Positions 1-7,842 of a stretch of DNA of 23,344 nucleotides are shown here, one piece after another. Position 1 is the stretch's first letter. Each line of letters begins with the position of its first letter. The stretch spans positions 1 through 23,344 of the forward strand of contig JBHLOI010000053.1 of assembly GCA_048940645.1 (NCBI GenBank), read 5' to 3'. The notes below the pieces were generated by a model. The model had not been told where the DNA came from and did no database searches. It was given only the letters and a program-made list of their open reading frames with translations. A program made the position numbers and the translations under genes. Source of the stretch: Promethearchaeota archaeon (lineage in GTDB: Archaea > Asgardarchaeota > Lokiarchaeia > Sigyniarchaeales > SOKP01).

Positions 1-1
1 A

Positions 2-94
2 AAATCTTTAGGAAGTATATTTTGCTGTATTATCACGTACAATTTATGTCGAATTTATGAAGCTTTAAATATAATTCCAGCATATTATCAATAA
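2..94 (+). CDS. possible 3' end of an upstream gene truncated by the window edge (…KSLGSIFCCIITYNLCRIYEALNIIPAYYQ*)
   Basis: Frame +2 is open from the window start to TAA at 92-94. No family recognised. Confidence 0.3.
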   Translation, partial: KSLGSIFCCIITYNLCRIYEALNIIPAYYQ

Positions 95-117
95 ATAAGA
101 AATGATGATGGTTTTTT

Positions 118-261
118 ATGGATTCTTACAAAAATGGCAAACGAAATGGCTTCAACTATACCGATAAATCTGCTAAACAAAATATTGAAAATAATGAAGT
201 TATAAAAAAAATCCGTAAAAAATTAGCAGAAGAAAAACTTAAGAGGAAATTTCAAAATTAA
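118..261 (+). CDS. small basic hypothetical protein, 47 aa (MDSYKNGKRNGFNYTDKSAKQNIENNEVIKKIRKKLAEEKLKRKFQN)
   Basis: Translated by hand: ATG at 118, TAA at 259-261, followed directly by a T-tract. The C-terminus is K/E-rich and helical. It is below the ORF-track cutoff. Confidence 0.45.
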   Translation: MDSYKNGKRNGFNYTDKSAKQNIENNEVIKKIRKKLAEEKLKRKFQN

Positions 262-292
262 TTTTTTTCTTTTTAAAAGAAACTTTTTCTTT
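262..292 (+). terminator. oligo-T archaeal terminator region between convergent genes
   Basis: tttttttctttttaaaagaaactttttcttt lies directly after the TAA at 261. Confidence 0.4.
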
Positions 293-310
293 GCTAAACT
301 TAAATTTTGG

Positions 311-985
311 TTATTCTGGCCATCCATATTTTCCTATAAGGCTTACAAATCTAACCCCTGTGATGTTCTCAGATTCAAACTTATCTCCCTTTCTACGAAT
401 TATATAGAGATTTTGCCCCCATTCTCTAGATCCGGCTGGTATACAAAGAATGCCGCCCTCTTTTAATTGCTTCTTATAGGGAGGAGGAACTTTTTTAGGT
501 GAAGCTGCTGTTACAAGAATTTTATCGTATGGCGCTTCTTCAGAATATCCTAAGGTGCCATCTCCATGAATTACAGTCACCCGATCCCCATAATTAGTAT
601 CCTCAAGACTTTTTCGAGCTTTATCAGCTAATTTTTTATGGCGTTCAATGGTGTACACATGACCTGGATTTTTACAATCTTCTGGAGCTACAATTTCAGC
701 ACACAGAGCAGCATGATATCCCGAACCTGTTCCTATTTCTAACACTTTATCTCCTTCTTTCAATTCTAAATGTTCACACATCATAGCATTCATATGAGGA
801 GCACTGATTGTTTGCCCTAAACCTATAGAAAGCGGAGAATCTAGATAAGCTGATGATACTGCTCCTTGAGGTAAAAATTTATGCCTAGGAACTTTCAACA
901 ATGCCCTAATAACATTAGGATCATTTACTATTTTACGATTTACTAGACTTTCAACCAAATTTTTTCTTTTTTCCTCAAAATCCAT
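311..985 (-). CDS. pcm: protein-L-isoaspartate O-methyltransferase
   Basis: PIMT motifs: VPRHKF, AYLDSPLSIGLGQTISAPHM, VLEIGTGSGYHAA, GDGTLG, APYDKILVTAA, VRFVSL. Confidence 0.95.
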   Translation of the reverse strand: MDFEEKRKNLVESLVNRKIVNDPNVIRALLKVPRHKFLPQGAVSSAYLDSPLSIGLGQTISAPHMNAMMCEHLELKEGDKVLEIGTGSGYHAALCAEIVAPEDCKNPGHVYTIERHKKLADKARKSLEDTNYGDRVTVIHGDGTLGYSEEAPYDKILVTAASPKKVPPPYKKQLKEGGILCIPAGSREWGQNLYIIRRKGDKFESENITGVRFVSLIGKYGWPE

Positions 986-1077
986 TTATAGTTGTCAGTC
1001 TCTCAACCTTTTAATTTGGAATCTTAACAAAAATCAATTGATTTATGTTTAATAAATGATATAAATTTTATCTATGA

Positions 1078-2316
1078 TTATTTTTTTTCCAGAATATAGA
1101 TTTTATCATTTTCTTCACAATTATCAATTCTTAAATTGATTTTAACTGGATCAGAGTACCTTTTTCTCGCAATACTTTTAATTTTTTCCCCTTTAAAGAT
1201 CATCTTATTTATTTTTTCAATTTGATAAGTATTATTTCCAATAATGATAATTTCATCTCCTAACTTTAAGGGCAAATCTAAACTTTCCAACAAAACATTG
1301 GCAGTTTTAGAATTCGGATCAAATGTTAATACTTTCCCTATATAGTGTTTTTTATAAGGAGATATGTTGCCTCTTTTTTCTAGCTCAATGTCTTCTAGTG
1401 TAGGCCTATGAAAGTAGAAGCCGGTGTGAAATCCTCGATTGTACACTTTAGATAACCTTTCTATCCAATTGGTTACTTTTTGTTTAGTGAATGTCCCTTC
1501 AAAATGACTATCTATTGCTTCTCTATAACATTCAGATACAGTCTTTATATAGAGCGGATCTTTCATACGCCCCTCAATTTTGAAGGCGTTAATATTGGCC
1601 TTAATTAGTTCAGGTATATGTTCTATCATACAGAGATCTTTTGTATTTAAGAACATTTGACCATTATAAAGAAGTTCATTATTTTCATCATCTATAACTC
1701 TCCATTCTCTTCTACATGGTTGTACACAATTGCCGCGATTTGCTGAATACTCCTCTGAATCACATAAAGTAGCAGAAAGATAACAGCGTCCTGAAATCGA
1801 GGTGCACATTGATCCATGTACAAAACATTCAATTTCAGTAGTCTTCAGATGATGTTTTATGAGTTTAATCTGCTTTAAAGATAATTCACGGGCTAAAATT
1901 ATCCGTTCTGCTCCTAATTCTTCAAAAAATTTAGCGGATTCTGTATTCGATATATTTACCTGTGTGGATATATGAAAAGGTAAATTTAATTTTCTAGCAA
2001 ATCTAATGGTTGCTATATCATGAGTGATAATAGCATCTATTCCTCCTCTTTTTGCTTGATCTAGTAATTTTTCTAAATCTTGAAGTTCTGAGTCATAAAT
2101 TAGAATATTGGTTGTTAAATATGCTTTAATTGGAGGATTTCTACTATGACAATAATTTATTACATCCTTAAGGTCTTCTCTCAAAAAGTTTTTAGCACCA
2201 GCTCGCATATTATAATTTTGAACTCCAAAATATACTGCATCTGCTAAACCTTCAATAATCCTTAATGAGTTCCAATCTTGAGCAGGAACTACTAATTCAG
2301 GTTTCATTAAATTCAT
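1078..2316 (-). CDS. U32 'peptidase' family Fe-S protein (TrhP/RlhA-like O2-independent hydroxylase family)
   Basis: PELVVPA, ADAVYFG, HISTQ, RIILARELSL, ECFVHGSMCTSISGRC, NRGNCVQPCR, KIEGRMK and RGFHTGFY are present, with the four conserved Cys. Confidence 0.92.
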   Translation of the reverse strand: MNLMKPELVVPAQDWNSLRIIEGLADAVYFGVQNYNMRAGAKNFLREDLKDVINYCHSRNPPIKAYLTTNILIYDSELQDLEKLLDQAKRGGIDAIITHDIATIRFARKLNLPFHISTQVNISNTESAKFFEELGAERIILARELSLKQIKLIKHHLKTTEIECFVHGSMCTSISGRCYLSATLCDSEEYSANRGNCVQPCRREWRVIDDENNELLYNGQMFLNTKDLCMIEHIPELIKANINAFKIEGRMKDPLYIKTVSECYREAIDSHFEGTFTKQKVTNWIERLSKVYNRGFHTGFYFHRPTLEDIELEKRGNISPYKKHYIGKVLTFDPNSKTANVLLESLDLPLKLGDEIIIIGNNTYQIEKINKMIFKGEKIKSIARKRYSDPVKINLRIDNCEENDKIYILEKK

Positions 2317-2417
2317 ATTTTATTTAATTCTATTGAAAACATAGAAATTATAGAATAAAATTGTTATTAATCAAAATCTTATATTTTAATATTTTATTTT
2401 AATAATTATGAATTATT

Positions 2418-2423
2418 GGTGAT
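2418..2423 (+). promoter_or_regulatory. Shine-Dalgarno-like site (GGTGAT)
   Basis: GGTGAT ends 9 nt upstream of the ATG at 2433 and matches the archaeal GGTGA consensus. Confidence 0.55.
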
Positions 2424-2432
2424 TTATTTCAA

Positions 2433-2999
2433 ATGAAAGTTGTACTATTTAATGGGAGCCCAAGAAAAGTAGGAAATACTTATCATTGCTTGAATATTGT
2501 TATGGAAGAATTGAAAAAAGAAGGAATCGAATGTCAATACTTCTGGATAGGAATGGATAAGTTACAAGGTTGTACTGCTTGTTTAAAATGCATTGATAAT
2601 GATGATCAAAGATGTGTATTACCAGATGATAAAATGAATGAATATATTCAAGCAATGCTTGAATCTGATGGAATAATCATTGGTTCTCCAACTTACTTTT
2701 CTGATTTATCAACGAATACAAAAGCCTTAATAGAGCGTGCAGGATATGCTACTGGAAGACATTTAAAACATAAAGTAGGCGCTGCTGTAGTAGCTGTTAG
2801 ACGTGCTGGTGCTAATCATGTCTTTTCAAGTATCAATTTTTTCTTTTTGATCAAGGAAATGATAGTTGTAGGAAGTACATATTGGAACATGGGTATTGGG
2901 AAAACGCCTGGAGAAGTTTTAGATGATGAAGAAGGGGTTAAAACGTTCCAGAATCTAGGGAAAAATATAGTTTATGTACTTAAAAAACTAAAAGCTTAA
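2433..2999 (+). CDS. iron-sulfur flavoprotein (Isf) / flavodoxin-like NADPH-dependent FMN reductase family
   Basis: FNGSPRKVGNT FMN loop, compact CxxCxxCx7C cluster motif (CTACLKCIDNDDQRC), GSPTYF, RRAGA, GSTYWN, DEEG. Confidence 0.92.
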   Translation: MKVVLFNGSPRKVGNTYHCLNIVMEELKKEGIECQYFWIGMDKLQGCTACLKCIDNDDQRCVLPDDKMNEYIQAMLESDGIIIGSPTYFSDLSTNTKALIERAGYATGRHLKHKVGAAVVAVRRAGANHVFSSINFFFLIKEMIVVGSTYWNMGIGKTPGEVLDDEEGVKTFQNLGKNIVYVLKKLKA

Positions 3000-3033
3000 T
3001 CTTTTTTCTTAATACCATTAATTTTTTTTTGTT
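3000..3033 (+). terminator. oligo-T terminator after the Isf gene
   Basis: tcttttttctt and a T9 run lie just downstream of the stop codon. Confidence 0.45.
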
Positions 3034-3150
3034 TTAAGAAGGTTTTTTATTTCTCAATTAATTTAAATAGTAGTTTTTTTATGTATTTTAGAGATATAGC
3101 AGTGATATCAATTATCAAATTAATAGGAAAATGGAGTATTTAAATTAGCC

Positions 3151-5400
3151 TTGAAACATTTAAAAAGAATTTTTTTACTTAATTTATTTCTATTGGTATT
3201 TATATTAGGGTATTTCTCCCAAATTAACTACTCGAAAGCTCAAGTTGAGGGAGTTTCTTTAACTTTTCCTGCTAATTTCAAAATGGAAGAATTTACTGAA
3301 AATTTTGATAAATTAGAAAATATAACTTCAATTGAAGTTCCTCTGCCCTCCAGCTCTTGGAACGTAACAAATTTACAGTTAAATTTTTCAAATATTAAAC
3401 TACAACGCGAAGTAAAACCAATTGAGGATCAGCATCATGGAGATTATGGAAATATTTATTATACGAATCCTTCCTGGAGAACTCATGGACTTGGAGCTCA
3501 AATAAATATAACCGAAACCACTAGAGTATTTGGTGCATATATTTATGGTTATAAAAGTCCTGAAACAACCGAAGTTATTCAAGTTCAAATACGCGGATAT
3601 AATGAAGCAGAAAACAAACCGAATGATACAATATATGCTTTTACTAACATCAATGTTTCTTTAATTCCAGGCTGGTATTTACAAATTTTTAATTCTTCAG
3701 TAAAACTACCAAAAGGTAATTATTATTTAGTTTTATTTGGTATTGTATCTGGCAGCACTGATTATTATTGGGCTTATAATGAAGACGATCCGACAAATCC
3801 GAACCTTTATTCATCAAAATATACAAGTAATTGGAATACTGGAGTTCAAAATGCTCCTTATCTATATAAGTTGATTCAAAAAATAAATAAAAGTTATAAT
3901 CCAGAAGAAATTAATATGAGTGCCGAAATTAACGGTGGATCCTATGACATTTTAAATTCAACAAGCCCTTTTTCTGGAATTCTATCAATTAATGGATTAA
4001 ATTGGAACCTAAATCATACTAATTTACTCATTCCTATAAAAAATGATTTAGATATTGAATTAAATTTTACTCTTGACTATAATATTGAGCTTAAAAATTA
4101 TCTCCCTTCGAATGCTTCAGTTGTAATTGAAGCAGAAAAGGATAACATCTGGACTTTAAATCCAAAAATTACTAAATATTTCTGGAATTATTCTATAAAA
4201 TTTTATTATCCTTCTAATTGGAATAATTTAATGGTTTTTAGAAATGGAGTAAATATTTCCTCTTTAGTTTATATTGACCCATTTGAAAAATCACTTCTTA
4301 TAACAAATAACGCTATAATTAATGGAGCAGAATGGAATATTACAGCTACTTCTCCATTATTTAATTTTGGTTTAGATATACGTCTTTATGAATATACACC
4401 TGGTCAGGAATTAAGATTTTTAATAGATGAACCGGCAACATCAGGTATTTATACCCTAATTATATATGATCCAGTTCATTTACCAATTAACGATGCTCAA
4501 CAAACTATATCATTACCAGCAGAAACAAATCTATTTTCCTACACGTTCGACACACACCCACTTGAAGGAGAATATCTCGCATATGTTTATTTTTTCGATG
4601 GAATAAATGCGGGTGTAGAAACTGCTACATTTGTTATGACTGTTCCTTTTACAATTGATCCCTTAACCCTATTTCTTATTATTTTAGCCTCAGTAATCGG
4701 TATATCAGTAACCCTCTCTATGGTAGTAGTTGCTAAAAGGCATAAAAGGAAAATTGATGCTTATAAAGAAGAAGTATTCAATAAATGCATGGATATTCTA
4801 AATCTAAACTACATTATGGTTTCTGAGAAAAAATCTTCATTAAATGTGTATGAACAAGTATTTACTAAACAGAAACTTGATCCCACGCTAATTTCTGGAT
4901 TTTTATCAGCTATTCATTCCTTCGGAATTGAATTAACGAATACTGATGAGAAAACGCAAACAATCAAGCTGGAATATAAAAATTCAAAAGTTTTAATGTC
5001 AGAATTTAAAGATTTTAGAATAGTTATAATTATGAATGAATTACCCTCCCAAAAATTCTTCGATTCAATAAGTAATTTAGCTTTTGATATAGAACTTCAT
5101 TATAGTAGTTATCTTGAAAATTTTAAAGGAAACCTAGACCCCTTTAAAGGAATTGAAAATCTGCTTAAAAAGCATTTAAGCATCTCATTTTTATATCCAT
5201 TAAAAATAGTTAAAACTGGAAAAACTAAAGTATCTCAAACGGAAAAAATAATCATTGGGCAAGCATTAGAATCAATGAAAAGAAATAAGCAAAAATATTT
5301 CTATATAACAAATATTATGGAAGTAAAAACATGTGATTCCAAGGATATCGAAGCGATATTTAGTTTAATTGATAAGAATATCTTTCAACCAGTTATATAA
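3151..5400 (+). CDS. P1: type I membrane protein with signal peptide, beta ectodomain, TM helix, cytoplasmic longin-like domain and winged-helix-like tail (subfamily A)
   Basis: TTG start. Signal peptide ends SKA|Q. Many N-x-S/T sequons. TM LTLFLIILASVIGISVTLSMVVVA is followed by KRHKRK. Contains LDPTLISGFLSAIHSFGIE. Colinear with three paralogs in the window. Confidence 0.85.
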   Translation: MKHLKRIFLLNLFLLVFILGYFSQINYSKAQVEGVSLTFPANFKMEEFTENFDKLENITSIEVPLPSSSWNVTNLQLNFSNIKLQREVKPIEDQHHGDYGNIYYTNPSWRTHGLGAQINITETTRVFGAYIYGYKSPETTEVIQVQIRGYNEAENKPNDTIYAFTNINVSLIPGWYLQIFNSSVKLPKGNYYLVLFGIVSGSTDYYWAYNEDDPTNPNLYSSKYTSNWNTGVQNAPYLYKLIQKINKSYNPEEINMSAEINGGSYDILNSTSPFSGILSINGLNWNLNHTNLLIPIKNDLDIELNFTLDYNIELKNYLPSNASVVIEAEKDNIWTLNPKITKYFWNYSIKFYYPSNWNNLMVFRNGVNISSLVYIDPFEKSLLITNNAIINGAEWNITATSPLFNFGLDIRLYEYTPGQELRFLIDEPATSGIYTLIIYDPVHLPINDAQQTISLPAETNLFSYTFDTHPLEGEYLAYVYFFDGINAGVETATFVMTVPFTIDPLTLFLIILASVIGISVTLSMVVVAKRHKRKIDAYKEEVFNKCMDILNLNYIMVSEKKSSLNVYEQVFTKQKLDPTLISGFLSAIHSFGIELTNTDEKTQTIKLEYKNSKVLMSEFKDFRIVIIMNELPSQKFFDSISNLAFDIELHYSSYLENFKGNLDPFKGIENLLKKHLSISFLYPLKIVKTGKTKVSQTEKIIIGQALESMKRNKQKYFYITNIMEVKTCDSKDIEAIFSLIDKNIFQPVI

Positions 5401-5411
5401 ATAATTTATCT

Positions 5412-7691
5412 TCAAAAGCTATTATTTTGATCCTTATTGGGTTGAAATATTCCTTTCTTCATTAGACTAAGAATTGTTTCATAATCTTTTGGACCACATA
5501 CATTCTCTGGAAGAAGATAAACTGCGTAAAAATATTTAAAATTATTTTCTTTCATAAATGTTGATGCTTTCTCCACCATTTCTTTTTCATCTTGAGTGAG
5601 TTTTATATTTTTAGAAATTGAAAGCTTTAAAGGATAACGTATAGATACATTTAAATCGCTGTCAATTAGCTTCTGGATATTAAGAAATGGTTTTTGGTTT
5701 CCCTCGAATTTATCAATAAGTTTTCCATAATATTTATAGATATGATAAGCTAAAGATTCAATAGCATAAAGAAAATTCTTAGAAGGATTACTCTTCATAA
5801 TAACAATCAACCTTAAATTAATAAATTCAGTCATTATGATGAAAGAATTTTTATAATCCACTTTAACAATCCTGGAGTCTTTAGCACCATCTATTACCTC
5901 AACTCCAAAATTATGGATAGCTTGAAGGAATCCCGAAATTAAAGTAGGATCTAATTCTTTTTCTTCAAAAGATTTAGCAAATAAATCAATTCCAGTTTTG
6001 ACATCTAAAACTATCACGTATTTTAAATTTAATATGTCATTACATTGCTCTAATATTTGCTTTAATTTATTTCTGCGATTAGATTGAACTTTTCTTAATG
6101 TGATATAGCTAAACCCTGCAATAACGCCACCAATGATTATAATCAGACCAACAATCAAATATAAAGAAAAGTCTTCCCCAGATGGTGGAATATTAAGAGA
6201 TATAGTAAAAACTTGAGATTGAACTCCAGCGTCTGTTTTATTATTCCAATAAATGTAGGCAATATAATTTCCCTCAATAGAATTTGATGGAATAGTATAG
6301 GAGAATGTATTTTCTTGGGATGGTATTTCTTTTGTCACTTGATATTCTTCTAAATCGAGTGGATCAACAAGTAAAAATGTGTAATTGCCAGCTAGAGGTG
6401 AAGTAATAGAAAAACTTAATTTTTGTCCAGTAAGATAGTCAGTTTTCGGTGCGTAAATATTAAATTCTATATTGGGAGAATTTGCTAGAATCTCCCAAAA
6501 AGCATCATTTTCAATGAAATTATTTGGAATTATTATAGAATAATTTATAGGATCTATAGTAACATTTGGAGAAATGTCAATCCCATTTTTCAAAACCTTT
6601 AGATTAGTCCAACTTTTTGGATGAATAAATTTTACTCTATGGTAATCTGAAACTTTTGTAATTTCTGGATTTATATTCCATTGATTTGAATTGTTAAGTT
6701 CAACATTTACTGAGCCAACAGCCTTAAAATAGTTATAAATATTAAGAGTATAAAGTAAATTGAATTTCAATTGTTCAGTTTTATTATTTTTAACCCTAAT
6801 TTTAACAGTTTTATTATTAGGATGATAGCTGATATTATTTTTTTTCAGATAACCTTTTCCTTGAAGATTTCTATTTAACACTTTAAATGATTCTCCATTA
6901 ATTAGTGCACTCATATTAATGTCTTCTGGAAAAATAGTTTGATTAATCTTTTGATTTAATTTTACTAAGAAAGGAGTTTTTGGGGAATCTAATATCCAAC
7001 TACTTCCATCATAATATGAAGTATTTAAGCTAGGATATTGAGGATTTACATCATTATAATACCAATAATAGTCTGAATTATCAGATGGTAAAAACTCTGT
7101 TCCATTAAGCACTAAATAATAATTTCCTGGTATAAGATATAAAGGATTTTGAAAGTGTTGATTATACCAACCTAAAGTAGTGGATAGATTTAGAATTGTG
7201 TAAGCATTAATAATTTGATTAGGTATATTACCTATTGCATCGTATCCATTAATTTGTATATATAAAGGGCTAACCGGGTTATAATTCTCAACATTACCAT
7301 AAATTTGAACTCCATAAAGAATAATAGGATCTAAAATCTTCAACTGAATGCCAAAGGCTTGAATAGATTTACTTTTATCCATCAATCTTCTTTGGCCTAT
7401 ATCGTTATCTTCAATAATTTTAGTTTCATTCCCAAAGGCTATATTAGTAAAATTTAATTCAATATCTTCGATATACCAAGATGAATTAGGCAAATCAAAA
7501 TCAATTGAACTTGCGTTCTCAGAATAGCCTTCTGAAATTGAGGATTCTAACATTTCAAAATTAAGAGATATAGACCTACTCTCGTGATTATTATTTAATG
7601 CGAAACCATCTTTAATACTAAAAATAAATATAAATAAGGCTATTATGGCTAAAGTAAGAATAACTTTTTTTAAAAATTTCTCAGACTTCAT
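5412..7691 (-). CDS. P2: paralog of P1 with the same architecture (subfamily B)
   Basis: The likely start is the ATG at 7691 (MKSEKFLKK plus hydrophobic h-region, DGFA|L) rather than the TTG at 7727. TM LYLIVGLIIIIGGVIAGFSYITL. Contains LDPTLISGFLQAIHNFGVE. Converges on P1 with an 11-nt gap. Confidence 0.85.
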   Translation of the reverse strand: MKSEKFLKKVILTLAIIALFIFIFSIKDGFALNNNHESRSISLNFEMLESSISEGYSENASSIDFDLPNSSWYIEDIELNFTNIAFGNETKIIEDNDIGQRRLMDKSKSIQAFGIQLKILDPIILYGVQIYGNVENYNPVSPLYIQINGYDAIGNIPNQIINAYTILNLSTTLGWYNQHFQNPLYLIPGNYYLVLNGTEFLPSDNSDYYWYYNDVNPQYPSLNTSYYDGSSWILDSPKTPFLVKLNQKINQTIFPEDINMSALINGESFKVLNRNLQGKGYLKKNNISYHPNNKTVKIRVKNNKTEQLKFNLLYTLNIYNYFKAVGSVNVELNNSNQWNINPEITKVSDYHRVKFIHPKSWTNLKVLKNGIDISPNVTIDPINYSIIIPNNFIENDAFWEILANSPNIEFNIYAPKTDYLTGQKLSFSITSPLAGNYTFLLVDPLDLEEYQVTKEIPSQENTFSYTIPSNSIEGNYIAYIYWNNKTDAGVQSQVFTISLNIPPSGEDFSLYLIVGLIIIIGGVIAGFSYITLRKVQSNRRNKLKQILEQCNDILNLKYVIVLDVKTGIDLFAKSFEEKELDPTLISGFLQAIHNFGVEVIDGAKDSRIVKVDYKNSFIIMTEFINLRLIVIMKSNPSKNFLYAIESLAYHIYKYYGKLIDKFEGNQKPFLNIQKLIDSDLNVSIRYPLKLSISKNIKLTQDEKEMVEKASTFMKENNFKYFYAVYLLPENVCGPKDYETILSLMKKGIFQPNKDQNNSF

Positions 7692-7748
7692 GCTGAATTT
7701 TTTGGTATCTGAGTTTAATTGATACAATTTTAGTTAAAAAAATTTTGG

Positions 7749-7757
7749 TTTATATAA
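7749..7757. promoter_or_regulatory. candidate TATA box in the divergent P2/sulfatase intergenic region
   Basis: TTTATATAA reads TTATATAAA on the minus strand. The AT-rich background lowers specificity. Confidence 0.3.
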
Positions 7758-7842
7758 TTATGTATATAATACCAATTGAAAGCATCCTAAATTTTATTTT
7801 CTACTCTAAATTCTCTTGAATTAATTTTAAATTTTTCTTAAA

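Noticed and set aside
3400-3588. 62-aa minus-strand ORF
   Set aside because: Antisense within P1, with no counterpart in the paralogs.
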